Below the pieces are notes generated by a model, which worked only from the letters and a program-made list of their open reading frames with translations, was not told the origin of the DNA and made no database searches. This document shows, piece by piece, positions 38,408-49,299 of a stretch of DNA of 64,000 nucleotides. Origin of the DNA: Squalus acanthias (lineage: Eukaryota); NCBI GenBank assembly GCA_030390025.1, contig JASTWF010000335.1:310001-374000 (forward strand). The letters run 5' to 3'. The stretch's first letter is position 1, and every line of letters starts with the position of its first letter. The position numbers and the translations under genes are program-made.

Positions 38408-38668
38408 GTAAATGACGCCGCGAGTTTTAAACTCCATGCATTGGGAGACAAGGTGAGGACGGTGAGTGACGGGCGAGCAGGACTTAGTTGCGAGGCAGGA
38501 TTCAAGCCACGTGGTTTGGATCAGGTTGGAGTTTGTGCAGTGTGGAGCTTTGGGGAGTCGGGGGGAAACAGGCCTTTGGAGAGTTCAATCTGCAGGTAAG
38601 AAAAACATTTCATGCCATTTATCTGGTGTGTATCTCAAGTGATTGAACAGAAGACAATATATCCTTAC

Positions 38669-38710
38669 TCCTAGAGCACCCAGTTCTCTACTTAAACCTT
38701 TTGACGACAT
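38669..38710 (-). CDS. MS4A: MS4A/CD20-family gene, first coding exon (exon 38669-38743 including 5-prime UTR)
   Basis: Acceptor ccttctccttttgcccgtgcag, gccATG, MSSKGLSRELGALG, donor GTAAGG. Joins to give the family motif ALG-VTQIM. In-frame stop upstream. Confidence 0.85.
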
Positions 38711-38944
38711 GGCAGATTCTCTTGGTCTGGAACTTCACATGGACTGCACGGGCAAAAGGAGAAGGTGGTCACAATAACGATTAGGCAAGCACAGTGTTTA
38801 TGAATGAAAACATTCAGAAAAGCAACAGACCCATTTCAATGCCCATTTTCTCTCTCCCTCTTTTACCAGCCTGGAGGTTGACCCCGAGCTCTGCAGTTCT
38901 GGACAGGTACACGACTGATGGGCACTGTGGACACTCAGTCAGTG

Positions 38945-39708
38945 GAAACATAGAAGATAGGAGCAGGAGTAGGCCATTCGGCCCCTCGAACCTGCTCCGC
39001 CATTCAATGCGATCATGGCTGATCATCCAAATTCAGTACCCTGTACCTGCCTTCTCCCCATATCCCTTGATCCCTTTAGCTTTAAGAAATATATCTAACT
39101 CATTCTTGAATATATTTAATGAATTGGCCTCAACTACCTTCTGTGGTAGAGAATTCCACAGGTTCACCACTCTCTGGGTGAAGAAATTCCTCCTCATCTC
39201 AGTCCTAAATGGCTTACCCCTTATCCTTAGATTCTGACCCCTGGTTCTGGACTCTTCGACCATCGGGAACATTCTTCCTGCATCTAGTTTGTCCAGACCT
39301 GTCAGAATTTTATATGTTTCGATGAGATCCCCTCTCATTCTTCTAAACTCCAATGAGTATAAGCCCAATCGACCCAATCTCTCCTCATATGTCATTCCTG
39401 CCATCCCAGGTATCAGCCTTGTGAATCTTCGCTGAACTCCTTCCATGGCAAGAACATCCTTCCACAGATAAGGCGACCAAAACTGCACACAGTACTCAAG
39501 GTGTGGTCTCACCAAGGCCCTGTACAACTGCAGCAGGACATCCCTGTTCCTCTACTCAAACCCTCTCGCTATGAAGGCCAACATACCATTTGCCTTCTTC
39601 ACCGCCTGCTGCACCTGCATGCTTACCTTCAGCGACTGGTGCACAAGGACACCCAGGTCTCGTTGCACTTCCCCTTCTCCCAATCTATTGCCATTCAGAT
39701 AATAGTCT
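38945..39708 (-). mobile_element. CR1 3-prime fragment (young subfamily)
   Basis: ORF 39033-39527. Confidence 0.92.
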
Positions 39709-40307
39709 GCATGGTCTACATGGAATTACATAGCATCTTACAGCACGCAAACAGGCCTTTTGGCCCAACTGGCCTATGCCGGTGTTTATGCTCCACACGA
39801 GCCTCCTCCCATTCTAATTACAGGAAACTCTCGTTTGAACGGCACCTAAATATCCGGAAATCTCTAATAACCGGCAGAATTCATACTCCGAAAACTACAG
39901 TATGCAGTCGTTTGTAAGTTTTGTTTTACTGTTAAGTAATTAAAGAGTTAAGGATTACCCTCAACTGGCATTACTGTACTTAATCAAGCATCTTCCATCA
40001 TCCATTTAACACAACATTCTGGAGGGGAGTACCCAATTACACTGCACATTTCTTGATTTTTTTTATTTTTGTTTGTTAAAAATAGCCTCGGTCGATATAC
40101 CTCTCCGTTATCCGGAATTTTTAATCAACCGGCACCATCCCGGTCCCGTCGATGCCGGATACGAAAGAGTTTCCTGTACCTCTTTCTACTCTGCCCCCAT
40201 AAGTCTCTATTCCCTTCTGCCTCACGTACCACTCCACATGGCAGTGAGTTCCATATTCTCACCACTCACTGTGTAATGAAATTCCTCCTATGTTCTTTAT
40301 TTATATT

Positions 40308-41074
40308 GGGCCAAAAATTCGGCACTTGCCGGGTGAGTACGCACTGTGTACTCACCCGTAAGGCCTCCTGAAGTGCCGGTTTCCTGCATGCACTGCGCAT
40401 GCGCGGGAAACTGGAACTTTCGGTCTCGTGAAGGGAGCGGTTCAGAGGTGAACCGCGTGCGCGGTAGAGGCTGCGCGCACGCAGCGAACTTAGTTTTTTT
40501 TTCAGGTTTCTCCGGGAAGGTAAGTATTGAAGAACCTACGCTTTTAAAAAGGAGGCGCCGGACCCGTTTTCAACAAGGTAAGTGGTTAATTAATTATAAT
40601 TTTAAAAAATTTTCAACAGGTTTATCTTTGTTCGACACTTTAAAGAAAGGTAAGTTTATTTTTAGCACTGTTAAAAAGTATTTACATTTTTTCAAAAATT
40701 TAAATTTTTGTTTAAAGTAGTTAATTTATTTAACTTATAGTTATTTTAAAAATATGATAGTTTTTTTTTAAATGTATTTGAAGTTTAGGTGTTGTTTTGG
40801 GGCCGATTTCAATTCATAGATTTGACAGGTCTTCCTGTCAAATCTATGAATGAAAGATGGTCTGCTGCCATTGGCTCTCCATGGCCCACGTGATCCCAGG
40901 GGACGCATCGCTCTAACTACGCCCCTGGGATACACAAGCACTGCGTGCCGGCAGCTGCAGGAGGCCCAGGAGCTGAAGTCCCCGTGGGCCCAGAGGTCAA
41001 CGGCAGGCGTGGTAGGTAGGTGCGCGCGGGATCCTTGCACCCGCGGGAAGCCAGGGAGCCGAATTTCTGGACCC
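40308..41074. mobile_element. MITE family B copy
   Basis: Collinear with 26218-26966. Confidence 0.85.
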
Positions 41075-41873
41075 TTATATTTATGCTTCTTTGTTCTGGA
41101 CTCCCCCCCCCACAAGTGGAAACATCTTCTCCACGCCCACCCGATCGAACCCCTTCCTCATTTTGAAGACATAAAAGCAGATGAAATCGGAGCAGAGTCG
41201 GCCCTTCGAGCCTGCTCCGCCATTCAATAAGATCACGGCTGATCTTCTGACTCAACTCCACCTTCCCGCACTATCCCCACATCCCTTGGTCAATCTTCCT
41301 TGTAAATTTTTTTTTGGGGGGGGGACTGCGCGCCCCAGTCAAAATACTGCGCGTGCGGGTTTTTTCCCCGTTTAAAAGCCGGCTCGCTGGCTGCGCGGGA
41401 CCTCCGCAGCGCTGCGCGCCCTCGCAGCTTAAAGGGAACATTGCCCTCGATTCCTGCAGTGTCCAAAAATCGAGCGATCTCGGACTTAAATATACTCGAA
41501 GACTGAGCCTCCGCAGATAGACCGCTATCGGGTCATCTCTCAACCCTCTCTTTTCCAGAAAAAAGAGCCCCAGCCTGCTCAATCTTTCCTGATAGCTGCA
41601 TTCTTCTTAATTCTGGTTAATATCTGAATAAATCTTTCTGTCTGCACTTTCTCCGGTGCTTCAATATCCTTCTCGTAGTAGGGAGAACGGAACTGCACAC
41701 AGTAACTCCAAGCGCAGTCTAACGAAGCCTCTTTATCAACGGAACATTCCCCCCGTTTTCAGAGTAGCTCCAGGCCAGCGACCTGGCTGGCTCTAAGCGT
41801 CATCCTTCACCATATGGTCACACTCCAATTTTCGGTGACCTAGTAATCGCCGCTATTTATAAAAGGACAGCAA

Positions 41874-42288
41874 GGGCTGGATTTTCATTGACCCGTGGAG
41901 GCGGGTTTGGGGTTAAAATTGCGAAAACTGGCGGGCGGGCCCAAGTCCGCCTCCATCCCGCCTCCACTCAATTTTCATTAAATCGTGTCTGCTGGTCCCG
42001 ACTCCGTCCCGCCTTTAAGGGGCGGGATAGGCTGTTAAGGCCCTTAACAAGCACTAAATTGGCTCTATAATGCCATTTTGAAAGGCCTTTGTGATTTTAA
42101 CCCTTGATCTACGTGAAGCACGCTTGTTCTGAACCACGAATGTGAAACCTGGCGGTAACACATTTCAAAAGCTGACTATCAGCTGCAGGTCCACTATTAC
42201 AACGGAGTAGTAGTAGTAGTAGGAAAAATATCTGGGAGCAGACCTAGGGGGGCTGCTGCTCATTTTGCCTTCAGGTCCTCTCACAGCA

Positions 42289-42319
<31 letters not shown>

Positions 42320-42583
42320 AGGGCTGCTGCTGCAAATCCAGGTCCTCTCACAGCAAAGGCCAGGCAGTCTCTGAAGACCTTCAATGCAGCAGCAATGATG
42401 ACATCATCAAAGGTGACTTTCAGACTGAAACCTCTAATTGGTTCATGGGTTCCCACATGCTGGAACTCAATTGCCCAATTAAGTGAAAATTGCATCAATT
42501 TCCCACATCCAATTGCAGTCGGGTGGATAACATGAAAAGTGGATGACACGACCCCAACCCGCCCCAGTATCAAAATCCAGCCC
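41874..42583. mobile_element. MITE family A copy, TSD CAA
   Basis: CAA-GGGCTGGATTTT...AAAATCCAGCCC-CAA. Confidence 0.88.
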
Positions 42584-42932
42584 CAAATGTCTGATAACTG
42601 CAGGCAGAGACAGGGAGCTGTGAAAGGAAGGGCGATTTTACAATCATGGGGACAGTCAGCCAGGTGTGGGCAGTGGAACTTCTGGAGGCTAGTGAGGAGC
42701 CATACGCGAGCTGCCTCTCAGCCCCAATCTGAACCCGGTTCAGGCTAATAGATTGGTTAAAATGGCGGGTGGAGTTCAATTCGGGAGCGAGCTGTTACCC
42801 TTAATCACGCGCATTTACATGTCCCATACTAACATCATATGGTGTGATTTAGGTAGATGTGAAATGTTGCCCTTTTTAAAGTAAAATTTGAACGAAGGAT
42901 TGTGAGGGCAGCAGTGCGATATCATTCCAGGA

Positions 42933-43765
42933 GAACATAAGAACATAAGGAATAGGAGCAGGAGTCGGCCATACGGCCCCTCAAGCCTGCTCCGCCATTC
43001 AATAAGATCATAGCTGATCATCGACCTCAACTCCACTTTCCTGCCTGATCTCCATATCCCTTGATTCCCCTAGAGTCCAATAAGCTATCTATCTCAGCCT
43101 TGAATATACTCAAAGACTCAGCATTCACAGCCCTCTGGGGCAGAGAATTCCAAAGATTCACAACCCTCAGAGTGAAGAAATTCCTCCGCATCTCAGTCTT
43201 AAATGGCCTACCCCTTATCCTGAGACTATGCCCCCTAGTTCTAGACACTCCAGCCAGGGGAAACAACCTCTCAGCATCTACCCTGTCAATGCCCCTCAGA
43301 ATCTTGTATGTTTCAATGAGATCACCTCTCATTCTTCTAAACTCCAGAGAGTATGGGCCCATTCTACACAATCTCTCATCATAGGACAGCCCTCTCATCC
43401 CAGGAATCAATCTAGTGAACCTTTGTTGCACCGCCTCCAAGGCAAGTATATCCTTCCTTGGATAAGGAGACCAAAACTGTGCACAGTACTCCAGGTGTGG
43501 TCTCACCAAGGCCCTGTACAATTGTAGCAAGACTTCCTTACTCTTATACTCCAACCCCCTTGCAATAAAGGCCAACATGCCATTTGCCTTCCTGATTGCT
43601 TGCTGCACCTGCAATGCTAGCTTTCTGTGTTTCTTGCACGAGGACACCCAAATCTCTCTAAATACCAACATTTGAAAGTTTCTCACCATTTAAAAAATAT
43701 TCTGTTTTTCTATTCTTCCTACCAAAGTGAATAACCCCACATTTCCCTACATTATACTCCATCTG
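42933..43765 (-). mobile_element. CR1 3-prime fragment
   Basis: ORF 43027-43689 and TTCTTATG tail. Confidence 0.92.
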
Positions 43766-43891
43766 ATGGATATGGTCTCTGCTGGGAGTCATGGAATAGC
43801 TCCCTCCGGTAGCCTAGTGAGTACAAGCACTGCTGGGAGGCCGCACCAAGCTATACAAGACCAGAAGGTTCAATTCCTGCTCTGATTAAAA

Positions 43892-44299
43892 TAGAATTAC
43901 ACAGAAGGTACAGCACAGAAACAGGCCATTCGGCCCAACTGGTCCATGCCGGTGTTTATGCTCCACACCAGCCTCCTCCCACCCCACTTCATCTCACCCC
44001 ATCAACATATCCTTCTATTCCTTTCCCCCTCATGTGATTATCCAGCTTCACCTTAAATGCATCAATGCTATTCGCCTCAACCACTCCCTGTGGGAGCAAG
44101 TTCCACATTCTCACCACTCTCTGGGCAAAGACGTTTCTTCCGACCCTTCCATAATCTTAAAGATCTCAGTCTTCTCTTTTCTAGAGAAAAGAGCCCGAGC
44201 CTGTTATATCTTTCTTGACAGGTGTAACCTCTCAGTTCTGGTATCATCCTTATAAATCTATCAAGCACCTTCTCCAGTGCCGCTATATCCACTTTATAA
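43892..44299 (-). mobile_element. CR1 3-prime fragment with internal deletions
   Basis: DIAALEKVLDRFIRMIPELRGY, running into the 39-bp repeat. Confidence 0.82.
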
Positions 44300-45440
44300 T
44301 ATGGAGACCAGAACTGTGCACAGTAACTCCAAGTGTGATATGGAGACTAGAACTGTGCACAGTAACTCCAAGTGTGATATGGAGACCAGAACCTAGAAGG
44401 GCAACACGGTGGCATAGTGGTTAGCACTGGTGCCTCACAGCGCCAGGGACCCGGGTTCGAATCTGACCTCGGGTGACTGTCTGTGTGGAGTTTGCACATT
44501 CTCCCCGTGTCTGCGTGGGTTTCCTCCGGGTGCTCCGGTTTCCTCCCACAGTCCAAAAATGTGCGGGTTAGGTTGATTTAGCTATGATAAATTGACCCTT
44601 AGTGTTAGGGGGGTATTAAATATGTGGGGTTATGGGGATAGGATGGGATATGTTAGGGGGAATTAAATATGTGGGGTTACGGGGGTAGGGTGGGATATGT
44701 GTACTGTGGGGATTAAAGCAGGGACAGGGTACTGGATTTGGATGATCAGCCATGATCGTATTGAATGGTGGAGCAGGCTCGACGGGCCGAATGGCCTACT
44801 CCTGCTCCTAGATTCTATGTTTCTATGTAACTCCAAGTGTGATATGGTGAACAGAACTGTGCACAGTAACTCCAAGTGTGATATGGAGACCAGAACTGTG
44901 CACAGTAACTCCAAGTGTGATATGGAGACCAGAACTGTGCACAGTAACTCCCAGTGTGATATGGAGACCAGAACTGTGCACAGTAACTCCAAGTGTGATA
45001 TGGAGACCACAACTGTGCACAGTAACTCCAAGTGTGATATGGAGACCAGAACTGTGCACAGTAACTCCAAGTGTGATATGGAGACCAGAACTGTGCACAG
45101 TAACTCCCAGTGTGATATGGAGACCAGAACTGTGCACAGTAACTCCAAGTGTGATATGGAGACCAGAATTGTGCACAGTACTCCAAGTGTGATATGGAGA
45201 CTAGAACTGTGCACAGTACTCTTAGTGTGATATGGAGACCAGAACTGTGCACAGTAACTCCAAGTGTGATATGGAGACCAGAACTGTGCACAGTAACTCC
45301 AAGTGTGATATGGAGACTAGAACTGTGCACAGTAACTCCAAGTGTGATATGGAGACCAGAACTGTGCACAGTATTCCAAGTGTGATATGGAGACTAGAAC
45401 TGTACACAATACTCCCGAGTGAGATATGGAGACCAGAACC
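44300..45440. repeat. Second array of the 39-bp CR1-derived minisatellite (about 18 units), interrupted by a SINE
   Basis: Same unit as 8379-13891 at 44300-44392 and 44827-45440. Confidence 0.93.
44398..44827 (+). mobile_element. HE1-like V-SINE: tRNA-derived head, V domain, CR1-derived tail
   Basis: A box GTGGCATAGTGG, B box GGTTCGAATC, V-domain TGTGTGGAGTTTGCACATTCTCCCCGTGTCTGCGTGGGTTTCCTCCGGGTGCTCCGGTTTCCTCCCAC. The tail matches the CR1 3-prime UTR at 18995-19105. Confidence 0.88.
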
Positions 45441-45640
45441 GTTGGATTTATTCGTGACTATTTTATATTAATGGTCCCTAGTTCCACACATAAGTGGAAA
45501 CATCTTCTCTACGTCTACCCTATTGAACCCTTTCATAATCTTAAAGACCTCTATCAGGTCATCCCTCAGCCTTCTCTTTTCTAGAGAAAAGAACCCTAGC
45601 CTGTTCAGCCTTTCCTGATAGGTATAACCACTTAGTTCTT
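45441..45640 (-). mobile_element. CR1 fragment
   Basis: Similar to 8110-8320. Confidence 0.75.
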
Positions 45641-45796
45641 GGGTTAGACTGGGAAGCTGTCATTTGACTCAATACTCCTGTCGGGGGAGAGCACCAGCAT
45701 GCTGTACCGAGCATGTGAGTGTAAATCAGGTGAGGGCAGAATCGAGCATGCCCTGATGCTCAGTGTGTGATTAGACGCTCACTGTCAAAATGACTT

Positions 45797-47613
45797 GAAA
45801 GACTTGCATTTATATAACGCCTATCACAACCTCAGGACGTCCCAAAACGCTTTACAGCCAATGAAATACTTTTTAAAGTGCAGTCACTGTTGTAATGTAA
45901 GACACGCGGCAGCCAATTTGCACAGCAAGCTCCCACAAACAGCACTGTGAAAACAACCAGATCATCTGATTGTAGTGATGTTGATTGAGGGATAAATATT
46001 GACCAGGACACTGGGGAAAACGCCCCTGTTCTTCGAATTGTGCCACGGGACCTTTTATATGAGGAGACAGGGCCTCGGTTTAACATCCGAAAGACAGCAC
46101 CTCCGACAGTGCAGCGCTCCCTCAGTGCAGCACTCCCTCAGTACTGCCCCTCCGACAGTGCAGCACTACCTCAGTACTGCCCCTCCGACAGTGCAGCACT
46201 CCCTCAGTACTGCCCCCTCCGACCGTGCATCGCTCCCTCAGTACTGCCCCTCCGACAGTGCAGCGCTCCCTCAGTACCACCCCTCCGACAATGCAGCGCT
46301 CCCTCAGTACTCCCCCTCCGACAGTGCAGCGCTCCCTCAGTACTGCCCCTCCGACAGTGCAGTGCTCCCTCTGTACTGCCCCTCCGACAGTGCAGCGCTC
46401 CCTCAGTACTGCCCCTCCGACAGTGCAGCTCTCCCTCAGTACTGCCCCTCCGACAGTGCAGCACTCCCTCAGTAGTGCCCCTCCGACAGTGCAGCGCTCC
46501 CTCAGTACTGCCCCTCCGACAGTGCAGCACTCCCTCAGTACTGCCCCATCCGACAGTACAGTGCTCCCTCAGTACTGCCCCTCCGACAGTGCAGCACTCC
46601 CTCAGTAGTGCCCCTCCGACAGTGCAGCGCTCCCTCAGTACTGCCCCATCCGACAGTACAGCGCTCCCTCAGTACTGCCCCTCCGACAGTGCAGCGCTCC
46701 CTCAGTACTGCCCCTCCGACAGTGCAGCGCTCCCTCAGTACTGCCCCTCCGACAGGGCAGCGCTCTCTCAGTACTGCCCCTCCGACAGTGGGGCGCTCCC
46801 TCAGTACTGACCCTCCGACAGTGCAGCGCTCCCTCAGTACTGACCCTCCGACAGTGCGGCGCTCCCTCAGTACTGACCCTCCGACAGTGCAGCGTTCCCT
46901 CAGTACTGCCCCTCCCACAGTGCAGCGCTCCCTCAGTACTGCCCCTCCGACAGTGCAGCGCTCCCTCAGTACTGCCCCTCCGACAGGGCAGCGCTCTCTC
47001 AGTACTGCCCCTCCGACAGTGGGGCGCTCCCTCAGTACTGACCCTCCGACAGTGCAGCGCTCCCTCAGTACTGACCCTCCGACAGTGCAGCGCTCCCTCA
47101 GTACTGCCCCTCCGACAGTGCAGCGCTCCCTCAGTACTGCCCCTCCGACAGTGGGGCGCTCCCTCAGTACTGACCCTCCGACAGTGCTGCGCTCCCTCAG
47201 TACTGACCCTCCGACAGTGCGGCGCTCCCTCAGTACTGACCCTCCGACAGTGCAGCGTTCCCTCAGTACTGCCCCTCCCACAGTGCAGCGCTCCCTCAGT
47301 ACTGACCCTCCGACAGTGCAGTGCTCCCTCAGTACTGCCCCTCCGACAGTGCAGCGCTCCCTCAGTACTGCCCCTCCGACAGTGCAGCGCTCCCTCAGTA
47401 CCGCCCCTCCGACAGTGCAGCGCTCCCTCAGTACTGCCCCTCCGACAGTGCGGCGCTCCCTCAGTACTGCCCGTCCGACAGTGCGGCGCTCCCTCAGTAC
47501 TGCAGTGGAGCAGCAGCTTGGAGTTTTGTGCTCGAGTCCCTGGAGTGGGACTTGAAACCACAACCTTCTGACTCAGAGGTGAGAGAGCTACCCACTGAGC
47601 CACGACTGACACT
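45797..47613 (-). mobile_element. Full-length SacSINE1/DeuSINE-like SINE with internal minisatellite expansion
   Basis: Minus-strand tRNA-like head GTCAGTCGTGGCTCAGTGGGTAG..GGTTTCAAGTCCC at about 47545-47612, Deu-like domain at about 45980-46115, tail to 45797. Confidence 0.82.
46097..47503. repeat. 33-bp GC-rich minisatellite (about 42 units) derived from the SINE
   Basis: Unit CAGTACTGCCCCTCCGACAGTGCAGCGCTCCCT. A single-copy counterpart lies at 61010-61048. Confidence 0.95.
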
Positions 47614-47876
47614 GTCAAGGCACGTGCATGAAAAATTTTAGTCTAAGGCTTTTGGATCCGACAGCCAATTTTTGAAGGCACCCACCTAGTTATTTTGGAT
47701 AGGGTACAGGGAGGAAGTGGGGTGCAGAAAGGAGCATGAACAGCAGATTAAGTGATTAGAAGGGGAAAAACTTGGCAAAAATAATTGCTGTGTAAAAGTG
47801 CGATCACACTGCACAAGGGGAATACTTGTCCTGCTATGTCGTCCAAAGCTCTCTCCAATATTACACTGTGGGGGAA

Positions 47877-48474
47877 CACACTGCCCCCTGAACCTGGTGT
47901 ATATCAGGGGGGAACAGTCACTCTGGGGGCAGTTCCACATTGCTCCAGGATCACACTGCCCCCTGAACCTGGTGTATATCAGCGGGGAACAGTCACTCTG
48001 GGGGCAGTTCCACATTGCTCCAGGATCACACTGCCCCCTGAACCTGGTGTATATCAGGGGGGAACAGTCACTCTGGGGGCAGTTCCACATTGCTCCAGGA
48101 TCACACTGCCCCCTGAACCTGGTGTATATCAGGGGGGGGGGGAACAGTCACTCTGGGGGCAGTTCCACATTGCTCCAGGATCACACTGCCCCCTGAACCT
48201 GGTGTATATCAGGGGGGAACAGTCACTCTGGGGGCAGTTCCACATTGCTCCAGGATCACACTGCCCCCTGAACCTGGTGTATATCAGGGGGGGGGGGAAC
48301 AGTCACTCTGGGGGCAGTTCCACATTGCTCCAGGATCACACTGCCCCCTGAACCTGGTGTATATCAGGGGGGAACAGTCACTCTGGGGGCAGTTCCACAT
48401 TGCTCCAGGATCACACTGCCCCCTGAACCTGGTGTATATCAGGGGCGGAATAGTCACTCTGGGGGCAGTTCCAC
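47877..48474. repeat. 75-bp tandem repeat (8 units)
   Basis: Unit CACACTGCCCCCTGAACCTGGTGTATATCAGGGGGGAACAGTCACTCTGGGGGCAGTTCCACATTGCTCCAGGAT with variable G-run. Confidence 0.95.
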
Positions 48475-48477
48475 GAG

Positions 48478-49295
48478 TGTCCAATAGGGGCAGGCATGCG
48501 CCGTACGCCTCTGGTCGAGCGTGACGTATCTGAGGGCGGGGCGAATGCGGACCGAAAAGGATGATCCTCCCTACGGCCCCGCCCCCCCGCCGCCCTGAGG
48601 CCCAACGCGCCGGCGCAAGCCTCTGCCGACCTCCCGCTTAGGCCGAACGCGCAGGCGCAAGCCTCCCGCTCCCCCCTCTCTCTGGGCGACCGGACTCCTC
48701 TCATTGCCGTCCCCTTTGATATTGGTTCATGTCATTCGCTCATTCTTCTACCCGCCCCCGGTACCTGCCGGCTCTCTCTCTCTCCGCTGCCGCCTCCTTC
48801 CGCGCCCGGGGTGGGGGAGGGCGGAGGGGACTTGGCTCTGTCTTTGTGTTTGAAAAAGCCCGCGCGCCTCGCGTCCTCAACCGCCACTCGCCAACCTCCC
48901 CCGCGTGGCGGACCGGGCCCGGCCGCATGCGCGCACCGGCTAAGAATCACGTGGGTTAGGTGTTGTGTTTGTGGGTCCGGCGCCCGTCACGTGCATCGTC
49001 CCCGACGTCACAAGGACTTGGGGGCTGGTCGTTTGAGAATCACATGGGGGCAAGGAAACTGGGCGTCGCCCGGCCCCCGCGTGGACCGTGCAACGACGTC
49101 ACAAAGAGTAGGGGCGGGCTGTTTTAGCATCACGTGGACGCGTAGCGGGTGCCGCGCCAAGCCGCATGCGCACAAGCTGTTTGCGAATCAGGTGAAGCAG
49201 GAAAGCGGCGGGGAGGGTGGCTACGCGGCCGGCACGTGCATCGCCGATGGCGTCACAATGGCTAAGGGAGGGCGTGCGATTTAGGGACTGCCGTT
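48478..49295. promoter_or_regulatory. CpG island promoter candidate
   Basis: Very CpG-rich. CCAAT 48481, ATTGG 48721, GC box GGGCGGGGC near 48534, NRF1-like GCATGCGC near 48495, 48924 and 49164, several CACGTG and ACGTCA sites, ETS CGGAAG on minus near 48797. Minus-strand donor CAG|GTACCG at 48765. Confidence 0.78.
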
Positions 49296-49299
49296 GGTG

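Noticed and set aside
44398..44470. tRNA gene
   Set aside because: It is the head of a V-SINE, followed by the V domain and LINE tail. The same applies to the SINE head at 47545-47612.
45999..47641. Repetitive ORFs of 100-340 aa
   Set aside because: Translations of the 33-bp SINE-derived minisatellite.
47640..47690. Minus-strand VGAFKNWLSDPKALD resembling an MS4A N-terminal PKALG exon
   Set aside because: Ends in a stop with no GT donor. The exon at 38669-38743 already supplies this motif.
47877..48474. CTCF site array in the 75-bp repeat
   Set aside because: Only the CTGCCCCCT/GGGGGCAG half matches the motif. Not supportable without a PWM scan.
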